From IMG/VR virus record IMGVR_UViG_3300027833_001310, positions 28,053 to 92,052 of that record: 64,000 nt of DNA. One strand, 5' to 3'. The notes under the pieces are model-generated. The model was not told the origin of the DNA. It made no database searches and saw nothing but the letters and a program-made list of their open reading frames with translations. The translations under genes and the position numbers were made by a program. Below are positions 8,241 to 18,169 of the stretch, piece by piece (the stretch's first letter is position 1; each line of letters begins with the position of its first letter). The stretch is from a virus.

Positions 8241-9046
8241 TACTTAGGTTGTTCGCCTTTGTCGTCCATGTTTGCAATAAAGTTGTAGTAGTGTCCCATA
8301 CCGTGATCCGCTACGCCATCAATAAATTTAAATTGTTTAAGAGCTGACCAACGGCCTCTCCATCCATCTTTAAATCTTTGCCATGCTGTTGACTTTCTAA
8401 TGTTACCATAAGTGTTTATGTATCTTAGGTGTCCTTGGTGTCCATACCATAGTCCTGCAAAACTTGGTGGCACACTAGGAACTACATCATTGTTGTTAAC
8501 ATATCTAAAGTAAGGAAAGTCAATTGCTTTTAAGAAATCAACATTACCAACCCTTGGTTGTCCAAATGTGTACAGTCCGCCTTCTGGCTTAACATCCATA
8601 GCAACTAGTACAGCCATTGCTCCACCTAAACTATGTCCACATATCCAAACACTCTTAGTATTTTTCTTGTCGTGTTTTGCTAATGCCTTTTTAATATCTG
8701 GCATTATCTTTTCATACTCGCCGTAAAAGCCTTGGTGTACTTTTCCTGCTACCGGGTGAGGCATTCTAAATGTATTCAAGTCTGCTTTCACATCATTTAA
8801 TGCTGTTGGTTCTGTTCCTCTACATGCAATAAGTACATCAGTCTTGTCGCTCATGACATAAGCCTGTGCTCCGTCGACGTCGATGTATGTTGGTGGTAGT
8901 GGTTTGTTTAAAAACTTTTTAAGTGGTGCTAAATCTGGTATACCATTCTTTGGTTCAAATAATTGTTCCGGTGGTTGATAACATTGATTAGCGAATAATG
9001 CTAGGACCATTCCTTTGTCCTTAGTAGAATATTCTGATAATGCCAT
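8240..9046 (-). CDS. class 3 lipase
   Basis: RGTE, VHQGF, GHSLGG, TFGQPRVG, NDVVPSVP; late promoter 9072-9079. Confidence 0.9.
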   Translation of the reverse strand: MALSEYSTKDKGMVLALFANQCYQPPEQLFEPKNGIPDLAPLKKFLNKPLPPTYIDVDGAQAYVMSDKTDVLIACRGTEPTALNDVKADLNTFRMPHPVAGKVHQGFYGEYEKIMPDIKKALAKHDKKNTKSVWICGHSLGGAMAVLVAMDVKPEGGLYTFGQPRVGNVDFLKAIDFPYFRYVNNNDVVPSVPPSFAGLWYGHQGHLRYINTYGNIRKSTAWQRFKDGWRGRWSALKQFKFIDGVADHGMGHYYNFIANMDDKGEQPK

Positions 9047-9082
9047 TTCGTACTCCTATGTGTTATAGTAGTATTTATCGGT

Positions 9083-10141
9083 CTAGAAGTCGAAATAGTA
9101 TTCGTAAATGCTTTCGCTATTATTTTCAGCAATGGCTTTCCTATATCTCTCCGTTAGTTCTTGTGGCAGTTTACCTGCTTTAAATCTAACTGTGCCATCT
9201 GTACCTGCTGCACTGCCATCGCTGGATTGATCTTTGCGAGTGTCTCGTTGTATTTTTCTATGTTCTTGTACCATAGGAGCACGATACTTTAAATCAAATG
9301 TATTGTATATGCCTGTTTGCGAAGCAAGATATTTCTTTAATCTTTCGAATCCTGTTCCTTTCATTAGTGGGTTAATACCACCGGGCACAATTTCTTCGTA
9401 TATTGCATATTTTAATTTGTGTGCGTAACTGCTTAGTACGTCAGGGTCTACTTCGCAGTGTATTTTATATTTTTCAACAATGTCTATGCTTAGTTCCAAT
9501 GCTTTATATATTATTTCAGGCGTATAGTATAGAATATCTTTTACTATATTAAAGTTGCTATCTCTTGCTACAGCATAGTATGCCTGTGTATTTTTCATTA
9601 TAAATGAACTGTTAAGTCCTGCAATGTCTAGCGGTCCTTCTGCTACGTCCGAATCTTTAACCATCATAGGAATGTCGCCACCTAACACTACTGTGCCGCC
9701 TATGTCTTTAAATGTAGTTTCTAAATAATAAAGATGAACTGCTATTTGTGGGCTCGGTGTTCCATATTTTTTACCATACTCCATGTGGATATTATTGGAG
9801 AAGAAATCATGCAGATCAATTTCTGTAACATTCAATTTAATATTTTGTTTGTCTGTTAACATACGAGCAGTTACTACATCATCTGTGTTTAGAGGACTGC
9901 CTTTCCACGTGGTAAGGTATGTGTGTGCTGTAATAGGCACGTTCATTTCTTGCAATACTCTAATTGCGAACTGACTATCTACTCCTCCGCTTAGGCATAC
10001 ATGGGCATGTTTAATATGCGACAGTTGTTCTTTTATTAACTCCAGCAATGTACGTTCCGTTTCCGGTTTCTTAATAGTAATACTGAGGAACTTTTCCTCT
10101 TCGTAATACTGCAATGCTGGTGGGTTTCCAAACTGAATCAT
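9083..10141 (-). CDS. PP-loop ATP pyrophosphatase (asparagine-synthetase-like)
   Basis: CLSGGVDS PP-loop; C-terminal KGTGFE. Confidence 0.7.
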   Translation of the reverse strand: MIQFGNPPALQYYEEEKFLSITIKKPETERTLLELIKEQLSHIKHAHVCLSGGVDSQFAIRVLQEMNVPITAHTYLTTWKGSPLNTDDVVTARMLTDKQNIKLNVTEIDLHDFFSNNIHMEYGKKYGTPSPQIAVHLYYLETTFKDIGGTVVLGGDIPMMVKDSDVAEGPLDIAGLNSSFIMKNTQAYYAVARDSNFNIVKDILYYTPEIIYKALELSIDIVEKYKIHCEVDPDVLSSYAHKLKYAIYEEIVPGGINPLMKGTGFERLKKYLASQTGIYNTFDLKYRAPMVQEHRKIQRDTRKDQSSDGSAAGTDGTVRFKAGKLPQELTERYRKAIAENNSESIYEYYFDF

Positions 10142-10167
10142 AAAAGAATCCTAACTCCGCTAAAGAT

Positions 10168-10175
10168 GATAAATA
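10168..10175 (+). promoter_or_regulatory. late promoter GATAAATA
   Basis: Recurrent motif upstream of structural genes. Confidence 0.7.
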
Positions 10176-10236
10176 TACTTAATACATACTTATGGAGCTA
10201 AACCGAATAAAAATTCGTTTTTTGGAGCAAAACTAA

Positions 10237-11868
10237 ATGGCAAACTTTATCATATCACTAGACTCGTCAACTCACGCAAATGCAGGGGCTGCCGAACTAG
10301 CAATTACAAACGCAGGATTAGCAATAACTAAAACTTATTCTTTTCCTTTAACATATGGCGTATCAGGAACAACTAGTCAAGTCGGAGCACTTGCAGGTGT
10401 GTCTGAATACGCAGAAAATGGCACAGCATTAACCAGTACGTTAGATGCATTCACTGAGGCAAGCGCCGACCATGAAGACGGCCATTTAGATACTACAGCA
10501 ATTAACCCGAACTACCAGTACTTTTGGCATCCATTGGATACTACACTAGGTGCAGGACAAACTATTTACTTAATAGATACAGGTTTCTCAGGTGCTCACC
10601 AAGAGTTTGGCGAAGATCCAGATGTAAGCAACTTGCATAGTGCTCCTAATGCAACTGGATTTGACGACACTGACGGTCACGGATCTAAGATGGCAGGAAT
10701 TATATTAGGTAGTGCTATTGGTTGTGCATCAGGTGCAAGTATACAAAACGTTAAGATGTTTAACGACAATACTACAGAATTTACAGCAGCCGATGTTGTA
10801 GATGCACTAGAGGCAATTTTAGTACACCATACAGCAAACGATGCTAGTGTAGCAAAGATTGTATTAATGGCATGGTCCATGACTAAGAACGCATTGATTG
10901 ATGCTAAACTTAACCAAATGTTAGCAGCAAACTTAATGGTAATTGCTTCAGCTGGTAACGCAGGTAACGGTGTAGACGTTGATACAATTACACCCGGTGG
11001 TTTAGATACTATTACAACTGTTGGCGCACATGACCATGTATTTGAAGTTACAACATTCAGTCAGATGCCAATAATTGATTACGTTGACGATGACGTAACT
11101 CCATTCAGAAGAGGCTTAGTACAAAACGCAGCAAAGGTTGATATCTTTGCAGTAGGTAAAGACGTATGCACAATTGATCCAGATAACGTTGCAAATTACA
11201 TACCTTCAAGTGGTACTTCGGTATCAGCAGCAATGGTAGCAGGTATTGCTACACATTACATGAACTTGTATGCAAGTACATCTGCAGAAACTATTAAATC
11301 ATATATGGTAACACGTGGTAACGAAATGGCACGTTTACCGAGATCAACATCTACTGCTGAAGATTATCAAACTATTCTTAGTTACACAAACTTATCTTAC
11401 CCTACAGGCAAGACTGCAGAATATAACAAAGTAAGTTTATCTTGTCTATCATGTCCAATGACATCAGAAGTAGCATTTACTAGCATACCATCAGGTAGAT
11501 TGTTAAACGTAGCACACGGTTCAACTACAACTGTTAACATTGGCTTACATGCAGATGTTACTGATGTTGCTGTATTGGACTTCAGTCCTTTATCACCGTG
11601 GATGGCTTTTGATGCCGCTACTGGTATTGTTACAATTACTGCAACAACTGCTGCAGGATGTGCAGAAAGTTTAGCACCAGGTGTATATCACTTTGCTATT
11701 AAAGGTACAATGGCTACTAAAGTTTATGTTGAAGAATATTCAATTGGTGTATACGGTACTGCTGAATCAGAACTAACTGCATCTACAGAGTATTACTACG
11801 ATGACGACGAAAGTGAATACGAAGAAGTAATTCAGTACTCTGCATCGACACAAAACTTTATCAAATAA
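10237..11868 (+). CDS. subtilisin-like S8 serine protease, probably virion-associated
   Basis: Triad IDTG / GHGS / SGTSVSA, oxyanion SAGN; C-terminal Ig-like region. Confidence 0.85.
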   Translation: MANFIISLDSSTHANAGAAELAITNAGLAITKTYSFPLTYGVSGTTSQVGALAGVSEYAENGTALTSTLDAFTEASADHEDGHLDTTAINPNYQYFWHPLDTTLGAGQTIYLIDTGFSGAHQEFGEDPDVSNLHSAPNATGFDDTDGHGSKMAGIILGSAIGCASGASIQNVKMFNDNTTEFTAADVVDALEAILVHHTANDASVAKIVLMAWSMTKNALIDAKLNQMLAANLMVIASAGNAGNGVDVDTITPGGLDTITTVGAHDHVFEVTTFSQMPIIDYVDDDVTPFRRGLVQNAAKVDIFAVGKDVCTIDPDNVANYIPSSGTSVSAAMVAGIATHYMNLYASTSAETIKSYMVTRGNEMARLPRSTSTAEDYQTILSYTNLSYPTGKTAEYNKVSLSCLSCPMTSEVAFTSIPSGRLLNVAHGSTTTVNIGLHADVTDVAVLDFSPLSPWMAFDAATGIVTITATTAAGCAESLAPGVYHFAIKGTMATKVYVEEYSIGVYGTAESELTASTEYYYDDDESEYEEVIQYSASTQNFIK

Positions 11869-11886
11869 GTTATACTTAATTAAAAG

Positions 11887-11917
11887 AAGGTACTAAATAC
11901 AATTGGTACCTTTTTTT
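11887..11917 (+). terminator. intrinsic terminator
   Basis: AAGGTAC/GTACCTT stem with T-run; TAAATA in the loop. Confidence 0.55.
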
Positions 11918-12913
11918 ATGACTATAGAAAACTTACGAGTAGACACAACAACACACAGTCGCGTTTTTAATCCGTTAAGCGCCGCTGGTCAGTGGCTTTG
12001 TTCTACGTTTAAGTTTAGATCTATAGGAGACATAAACATGTCGTATCCTGTGTTAGTTGAAATAACACAAGACCTCCCTGAACTAAAATCTATTACTATG
12101 GATAACGAATACGGCGATGCACTAGAATGGTGCAATTTGAATTCGTTTGTGCGTGTTATGACTATACAAGGTGTTTACGTTATTGTGAACACTTACGGTA
12201 TGGCAGATAATAGTGTGGTAAAAAAGATAAAAAGTGCAAGTTGTTTGTACAAAGAACAAGATGCTAGTATAAATGTTATCTTTAATATTGACGGTATATA
12301 CGAACAATGTGGCAAAGTATTCTTAGGTGCAGAATGGCATCGCATCAAGGAAAACATAATAACTGTAGGCGATAAAGCACACATAAAGTTTTATAAGTTT
12401 AAACATAATGCTCATCAGCAACCTGCTATAGAACACTTTTGTAGGGCTATAGGTGCAACATTTGAAGTATTAGAAGACCCATTGTTTGGCAACAAATGCT
12501 TCAGTGTAATATCCAAGCAAGGTAAATGGTTATACGATATACATCCTGTTGGTTCTAACCAACCAACACTAGCTCAGACAGCGGTAGGATGGAATGTGTT
12601 AAAAACAAAAGTTAGAAACATAAAAGGTACAGCAATTGACGAGTTAGATAATTTACCTGTACCAATTAATGCAACAAATTTAGACACAGATGATATTATT
12701 AATATTACTATCAAAGGACATGTAATTAAAGGTTCAGGAAGAGCTCAAATGTTTAGTTACGCATTGTGCGATGATTGGAACTATGAAGAAATAGATATTA
12801 GTAATGAGTATAATTTATCAGTTTTGAATGAACTAGCAAAGTTTGTGAGGACAGACTTATCTACTATAAATATTTACAGTAATAGTATTACTGATATATT
12901 AGAAGTTGTTTAA
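11918..12913 (+). CDS. degenerate radical-SAM-fold protein lacking CxxxCxxC
   Basis: YGDAL, VNTYG, FNIDG, FKHNAHQ match a phage radical-SAM pattern; cluster motif position reads TTHSRVFNPLS. Confidence 0.55.
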   Translation: MTIENLRVDTTTHSRVFNPLSAAGQWLCSTFKFRSIGDINMSYPVLVEITQDLPELKSITMDNEYGDALEWCNLNSFVRVMTIQGVYVIVNTYGMADNSVVKKIKSASCLYKEQDASINVIFNIDGIYEQCGKVFLGAEWHRIKENIITVGDKAHIKFYKFKHNAHQQPAIEHFCRAIGATFEVLEDPLFGNKCFSVISKQGKWLYDIHPVGSNQPTLAQTAVGWNVLKTKVRNIKGTAIDELDNLPVPINATNLDTDDIINITIKGHVIKGSGRAQMFSYALCDDWNYEEIDISNEYNLSVLNELAKFVRTDLSTINIYSNSITDILEVV

Positions 12914-13176
12914 CTTACTTCTACTGTAGAACCACTTTTTACAGTATGACCGCAGGTCGCAGTAGTCCCTTCTTTAGCAGGAATACCACCGTCAGCTAAT
13001 ACAGTACCAGCGCCAGCTGAAACTAACGTAGGAGCAATATGAGGTGCTTTACCGTGTGGGGCAACTTTGTCGCCTATTAGTGAAACTTTTTTATTATCGG
13101 CAAATACCGTTGATGCTCCAGGTCCCATTATAATACCCTTTGCTGTATCTGCTTTTACTCTTCCTATCTTAGCCAT
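12910..13176 (-). CDS. PAAR spike-tip protein (gp5.4-like)
   Basis: GASTVFAD, GDKVAPH, PAKEGTTATCGH. Confidence 0.9.
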   Translation of the reverse strand: MAKIGRVKADTAKGIIMGPGASTVFADNKKVSLIGDKVAPHGKAPHIAPTLVSAGAGTVLADGGIPAKEGTTATCGHTVKSGSTVEVS

Positions 13177-13187
13177 ACTATTATTTA

Positions 13188-13352
13188 TCAGTTAATAATT
13201 AGACTAGTAAGCAATAATAGTCCAGTAATACTACCTAAAAAGAAAAATGCTACAAGTAATGCAAACCAAATAATAGCAATTGGTTTTATTTCAAACTTAC
13301 CTTCGCTTTTTTTGCCTACGCCTAGAACGGCTTTAATTGCATTTGTAATCAA
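13188..13352 (-). CDS. small membrane protein (54 aa, TTG start)
   Basis: Manual: MITNAIKAVLGVGKK...IWFALLVAFFFLGSITGLLLLTSLIIN; overlaps upstream stop. Confidence 0.6.
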   Translation of the reverse strand: MITNAIKAVLGVGKKSEGKFEIKPIAIIWFALLVAFFFLGSITGLLLLTSLIIN

Positions 13353-13615
13353 AATATAAATTGATTAACTAACATAACTGCTAACATCATACCAAACACT
13401 ACAACCTGTATGACTGCTGGAATAACCACAAACATTTTCATCACATCGAAGTCGCCTGTCATAAAAAAGTCACCACCATTCTGCCATTCTGCAACTTCTT
13501 CTGGTGTTGCATCTGTAGGTATTTGGTTGTTCAATGAAGGCAGTTCAGCCTGTGTTAATGAAGTTAATTCGTATACTGAAGGTTTAGGTCTACCCCATGA
13601 ATCGTTATTTGACAT
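13349..13615 (-). CDS. small protein with C-terminal TM helix (88 aa)
   Basis: Start MSNNDS with SD GGAG. Confidence 0.65.
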   Translation of the reverse strand: MSNNDSWGRPKPSVYELTSLTQAELPSLNNQIPTDATPEEVAEWQNGGDFFMTGDFDVMKMFVVIPAVIQVVVFGMMLAVMLVNQFIF

Positions 13616-13730
13616 CGCTAGTCTCCAAATGGTATGTAATGCTTGCATCACGCAATCCACGTAATATTCCTGCTACACTATCTGTGTTAGCTGCAAAGAG
13701 TAATAGCATATAGCACATTACATATTTCAT
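13605..13730 (-). CDS. small hydrophobic peptide (41 aa)
   Basis: Manual: MKYVMCYMLLLFAANTDSVAGILRGLRD...; TAATG coupling. Confidence 0.5.
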   Translation of the reverse strand: MKYVMCYMLLLFAANTDSVAGILRGLRDASITYHLETSDVK

Positions 13731-13840
13731 TATAATGTTGGTGTTAATGCAAGTACTGACAAGAAAAATATACTTGACAAAGTGACTATCTCCAAGTCTT
13801 CTATTAATCTAGGAATGTTATTGCTATATCGTTTCTTCAT
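13730..13840 (-). CDS. small membrane peptide (36 aa)
   Basis: Manual: MKKRYSNNIPRLIEDLEIVTLSSIFFLSVLALTPTL. Confidence 0.5.
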   Translation of the reverse strand: MKKRYSNNIPRLIEDLEIVTLSSIFFLSVLALTPTL

Positions 13841-13955
13841 GTTGTACTGCGGGGGTTAAAAGTTATGTATTAGACATAGTTATATCTAATTATAACGAGT
13901 ATTTATACAACAATATAAATCAGCAGGGCATATACGGCTGTAATGCCCTATAATG

Positions 13956-14255
13956 CTATTCTTCTGTTATTTCTGCTTCTTCGATGTTAAGTGCTTCGTA
14001 GTCTGCCTTACTCTCATCACTTGCTTTACAGACGCTTAAAATAGCTGACAAGGGCATAGTAACCTCTTCGGTCGACCCTGTAAAGATGTAGGGAATTAGT
14101 GCTAGATCCGCACCATTGATAACTACTATTTTTGGTTCGCCAACTGTAAACAATCCTTCGTCTTTGTCAACGCCATACAGTTGTGCAAGTACTTCAATAC
14201 CGCTAATTAATTTAAGGGTAACAACTTCCCCTGCTAGATCTTCTAAATTATACAT
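13956..14255 (-). CDS. hypothetical protein, possible Sm-like fold
   Basis: VVTLKLISGIEVLA; SD AGGAG. Confidence 0.55.
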   Translation of the reverse strand: MYNLEDLAGEVVTLKLISGIEVLAQLYGVDKDEGLFTVGEPKIVVINGADLALIPYIFTGSTEEVTMPLSAILSVCKASDESKADYEALNIEEAEITEE

Positions 14256-14264
14256 GTGTGTCTC

Positions 14265-15365
14265 CTAAAGGGTCATTCCCTTAAATGTGTCGTTCGTTAC
14301 GTCTTGTTTTGTGCCGCCACTAACGTAACTAGTTATCTCTGTTTCTTGTGGAGCAACTTGTACGTCACTGCCTCCAATCCACTTTTGTGTCCATGGTAAC
14401 GGATTTGAACCTGCTGTGTAAACTTTCTCTAAGCCGATGTTAGTCATGCGTTTAGCTGCAATCCACTCTACATACTGCTCTAGTAACTGTGCATTCAAGC
14501 CAATAATACTACCGTCTTTAAACAAGTACTTTGCCCATGCTTTTTCTTGTTCTACTGCATCGATAAACATTTGCTTTGATTCTTCTGCAGTTTCTTCTTT
14601 AATTTTAGCAAAGTCTTCATCTTCTTTTGGTAATAATTTTAACATGTGCTGTGTACTTGCTAAGTGAACATTCTCATCTCTAGCAATTAACTTAATAATT
14701 TTTGCATTTCCTTCCATCTTTTTAACTTCAGCAAACGCCCAACTACATGCAAAAGATACATAAAAACGTACACCTTCCAAGATGTTTACGCTCATTATGC
14801 ACTTCCATAATTTTTTCTTGTGCTCGTATAAACTATACTTTGCACTGCCTTTACGCATTAGATCGTTATACTCGTATAGGTCATTATAACATTGTGTGAT
14901 ACTATCGGCACAATCTGCAATCTCACTAATACTGCTCATCTCATCAAAAACCTTGCTCGGGTCAGGATATACATTTCTGATAATATGTGTGTAGCTTCTG
15001 CTGTGAATAGTTTCACTGAATGCCCAAGTCTCAATCCAGGTTTCTAATTCTGGTAGACTAACAATAGGCAAGAACACTAAGTTAGGTGAACGCCCTTGAA
15101 CACTGTCCAAGAGTATTTGTCTTTTTAAGTTAGATGTAAAGATGTGTTGCTCATGTGGCTCGAGGTCTTTAAAGTCTTTAGCATCTTTTACGATGTCGAC
15201 TTCTTCGGGTCTCCAGAAAAAGCCTAACTGCTTGTCAGTGAGCTTTTCAAATTGACGATACTTGATTGTATCATAACGTTGCATACACACGCCACCGTTA
15301 GGGTCTAGAAACATTTTTGCTTCCATGTGGTTATACGCTTTGTTTGTGTTTAGTACAGATTTCAT
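14265..15365 (-). CDS. nrdB: ribonucleotide reductase class Ia beta subunit
   Basis: FFWRPEEV, ETIHSRSY, LEGVRFYVSF, RDENVH, VAPQETE; ATGA overlap with nrdA. Confidence 0.97.
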   Translation of the reverse strand: MKSVLNTNKAYNHMEAKMFLDPNGGVCMQRYDTIKYRQFEKLTDKQLGFFWRPEEVDIVKDAKDFKDLEPHEQHIFTSNLKRQILLDSVQGRSPNLVFLPIVSLPELETWIETWAFSETIHSRSYTHIIRNVYPDPSKVFDEMSSISEIADCADSITQCYNDLYEYNDLMRKGSAKYSLYEHKKKLWKCIMSVNILEGVRFYVSFACSWAFAEVKKMEGNAKIIKLIARDENVHLASTQHMLKLLPKEDEDFAKIKEETAEESKQMFIDAVEQEKAWAKYLFKDGSIIGLNAQLLEQYVEWIAAKRMTNIGLEKVYTAGSNPLPWTQKWIGGSDVQVAPQETEITSYVSGGTKQDVTNDTFKGMTL

Positions 15366-17635
15366 ATTTTGCAAGATTCGCAATCCTCATCATCTACTTC
15401 AGTAAGTTCTAATGCCTCGGTTGTGTCCAGTTCTCCTTGGCCATCGTTGGTGTTGTTGTAATACAATTGCTTTCCGCCGTATTTGTAAAACGTAATTATA
15501 TCTTTGATTAGTACACTCATTGGTACCTTTTCATCTTCAAAGTGCTCTGGGTTATAACTTGTATTGACACTAATGCCTTGGTCGATGTACTTTTGTAGAA
15601 CAGCCATTATCTTCAAATAGCCTTCTGGTGACTTCTGATTCCACAGTAAGTCATACTTATTTTTAAGTCTAGGGTAGCCTGGCACTACTTGTTTAAGTAC
15701 ACCATGCTTACTTTGTTTAACACTGATAAAACTGCGTGGTGGTTCAATACCGTTTGTGCTGTTACTAATCTGTGCTGATGTTTCTGCTGGCATAAGTGCC
15801 ATTAGTGTTGAGTTACGAATACCTGTTGTTTTAAGTTGCTCACGCAATCCTTTCCAATCTTGTCTTTCTTTGTGCTTAACTAATTCATCTACATCTTTCT
15901 TATATGTTTGGTTAGGTGTAATTCCTTGTCCGTATTTCGTTTCTACTGTGCCAGGGCATTCGCCTTTTTCAACTGCTAAGTCTGCACTTGCTTTAATTAA
16001 GAAATAACTCCATGCTTCAGCCCATTCATCAACTAACTCTAAGTTAGGATTTTGATATGTTGAGTCATTCTTTGCTAACCAATATGCAAAGTTAATAATA
16101 CCAATACCTAACGGTCTACGTTTCATTGTGCTTAACTGTGCCGCTAGTACTGGGTAACTTTGGTAGTCTAAGAGTGCGTCTAAGCCCCTTACAGCAAGAT
16201 TACATACTCGCTCCATCTGTTTGAAGTCTTTAATAATACCCCAGTTAATTGCACTTAAAGTACATAAACTAATCTCACCGTCCGGGTCATTAATGCTAGT
16301 TAAAGGCTTTGTAGGTAAGTTAATTTCACAACATAAATTACTCTGCTTAATCGGTGCAACATCTTCTCTAAATGAACTATGCGTATTAGCATGGTCTACA
16401 TTCATTAAGTAAATTCTACCTGTGTCCTTACGTTCTGTTGCAAACGCAGAAAACAAATCCATTGCCTTAATAGACTTCTTCTTAATACGAGTGTTACTTT
16501 CTGCACATTCGTATAACTCTTTAAACTTGTCTTGGTCTTGGAAGAATGTCTCATATAATCCAGGTACATCGTGTGGAGAAAACAATGTAATATCTCCGCC
16601 AGTTAGTAGTCTTTCATACATTAGTTTATTAAACTGTACACCGTAGTCCATGTGTCTTACACGGTTTTCTTCTGTACCTTTATTGTTCTTTAATACCAGC
16701 ATGTCTTCAATTTCAGCATGCCAAATAGGATAGTATAATGTTGCTGCTCCGCCTCTTACTCCACCTTGTGAGCATGACTTAACTGCTGATTGGAATAGTT
16801 TATAGAAGGGGATAACTCCTGTGTGAGTTGCGTCTCCACTCCTAATAGGTGAGCCAATTGCTCTAATACTACCTGCACCTATACCAATGCCTGCCTTTTG
16901 ACTTACATACTTAACAATAGCACTTGTAGTAGCATTAATGCTATCTAAACTGTCATCAGTTTCAATAAGCACACAACTACTAAACTGTCGTTGTGGTGTA
17001 CGCACACCTGCCATTACTGGCGTAGGTAAACTTATTTCAAACGTACTAATTGCATCGTAGTATTCTTTAACGTACTGCATTCTTATTTCTTTGTTGTACT
17101 TACTAAACAATGTCATACCAATAAGCATATAGCAAACTTGTGGTGTTTCGAATACTTCACCAGTTGCTCTGTTCTGTACCAAGTACTTGCCACGGAATTG
17201 TTCCATAGCCGCATAAGTTAACACTTCATCTCTGTCGTGTTTAATGTAGTTACTTAGTTCGTCAATCTCATCCTTAGTATATGCTATTAAAATTTCTCTA
17301 TCGTAGAAGCCTTTCTTAACATTTTTATCTATAATATCACATAAGCACGGTGGCATAAACTGCCCATACACTGCTTTACGCAAATGATAGTTAATTAGCC
17401 TTCCTGCTACATATTGATAGTTTGGTGTTTCTTCGCTGATTAAATCTGCGGCACTTTTGATAAGTGTCTCTTGAATATCAGTACTAGTAATCCCAGTGTA
17501 CAATTGTATCTGACTGTTAATTTCTACTTCACTAGGACTAACGCCTGTTATGCCATCGCAGGCATATTGTACTACCTTGTGCAACTTATCTATGTTAATG
17601 TCTTCGAGTTGCCCAGATCGTTTTTGTACTTGCAT
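15362..17635 (-). CDS. nrdA: ribonucleotide reductase class Ia alpha subunit with ATP cone
   Basis: VQKRSG ATP cone, QFSSCVL, SNLCCEI, C-terminal CESCKI. Confidence 0.97.
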   Translation of the reverse strand: MQVQKRSGQLEDINIDKLHKVVQYACDGITGVSPSEVEINSQIQLYTGITSTDIQETLIKSAADLISEETPNYQYVAGRLINYHLRKAVYGQFMPPCLCDIIDKNVKKGFYDREILIAYTKDEIDELSNYIKHDRDEVLTYAAMEQFRGKYLVQNRATGEVFETPQVCYMLIGMTLFSKYNKEIRMQYVKEYYDAISTFEISLPTPVMAGVRTPQRQFSSCVLIETDDSLDSINATTSAIVKYVSQKAGIGIGAGSIRAIGSPIRSGDATHTGVIPFYKLFQSAVKSCSQGGVRGGAATLYYPIWHAEIEDMLVLKNNKGTEENRVRHMDYGVQFNKLMYERLLTGGDITLFSPHDVPGLYETFFQDQDKFKELYECAESNTRIKKKSIKAMDLFSAFATERKDTGRIYLMNVDHANTHSSFREDVAPIKQSNLCCEINLPTKPLTSINDPDGEISLCTLSAINWGIIKDFKQMERVCNLAVRGLDALLDYQSYPVLAAQLSTMKRRPLGIGIINFAYWLAKNDSTYQNPNLELVDEWAEAWSYFLIKASADLAVEKGECPGTVETKYGQGITPNQTYKKDVDELVKHKERQDWKGLREQLKTTGIRNSTLMALMPAETSAQISNSTNGIEPPRSFISVKQSKHGVLKQVVPGYPRLKNKYDLLWNQKSPEGYLKIMAVLQKYIDQGISVNTSYNPEHFEDEKVPMSVLIKDIITFYKYGGKQLYYNNTNDGQGELDTTEALELTEVDDEDCESCKI

Positions 17636-17695
17636 GTGTTCTTCCGTTGTCTGTTTGTTTCTAAATTTGTTTAGTGTAGTATTTACCAGAAGCAA

Positions 17696-17724
17696 ATTAT
17701 ACATTAAAACTACGTTAATGTCAA
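17696..17724 (-). promoter_or_regulatory. sigma70-type promoter of nrdA (late-type GGTAAATA also present just downstream)
   Basis: TTGACA-17-TATAAT. Confidence 0.8.
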
Positions 17725-18152
17725 CTGAAAAGTGAGGAAGTTTTAATCTTATGCGAATTAAATCGGGTGCTGTTGTCTATAACGTATTGTAGGCTTACTG
17801 TCTCACCTGGTATAAAATTATAAGCCACTTGTTCGTGAATTAGCACCAGTCCATCGTTTCCATTTATATGATTACTTATCACTTCAAAGTACAATTCATC
17901 AGCTGTTATGAATCCTTTGTTAGTTAATGTAGCCGCTAATATGAGGGTGATTCCGGACTGGCAAAAATAGCCTTCTGATACTATTTCAAACACATTAGGC
18001 CAGTCGCTAGGAGTATAGTAATCTATATATCTAGGTATAGGTTTGATGTCAGCGAATGCTTCTAGTAAAGGTTCTACAGTTAGATATTCTTGCTGTCTAA
18101 CTGTACGCCAAGCATTCAAACGTTCTGATGGCGTTTGATGTTTGTTGAACAT
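17721..18152 (-). CDS. hypothetical protein
   Basis: 143-aa ORF in operon context. Confidence 0.75.
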   Translation of the reverse strand: MFNKHQTPSERLNAWRTVRQQEYLTVEPLLEAFADIKPIPRYIDYYTPSDWPNVFEIVSEGYFCQSGITLILAATLTNKGFITADELYFEVISNHINGNDGLVLIHEQVAYNFIPGETVSLQYVIDNSTRFNSHKIKTSSLFS

Positions 18153-18169
18153 ATATTAAACTTGTAAAA

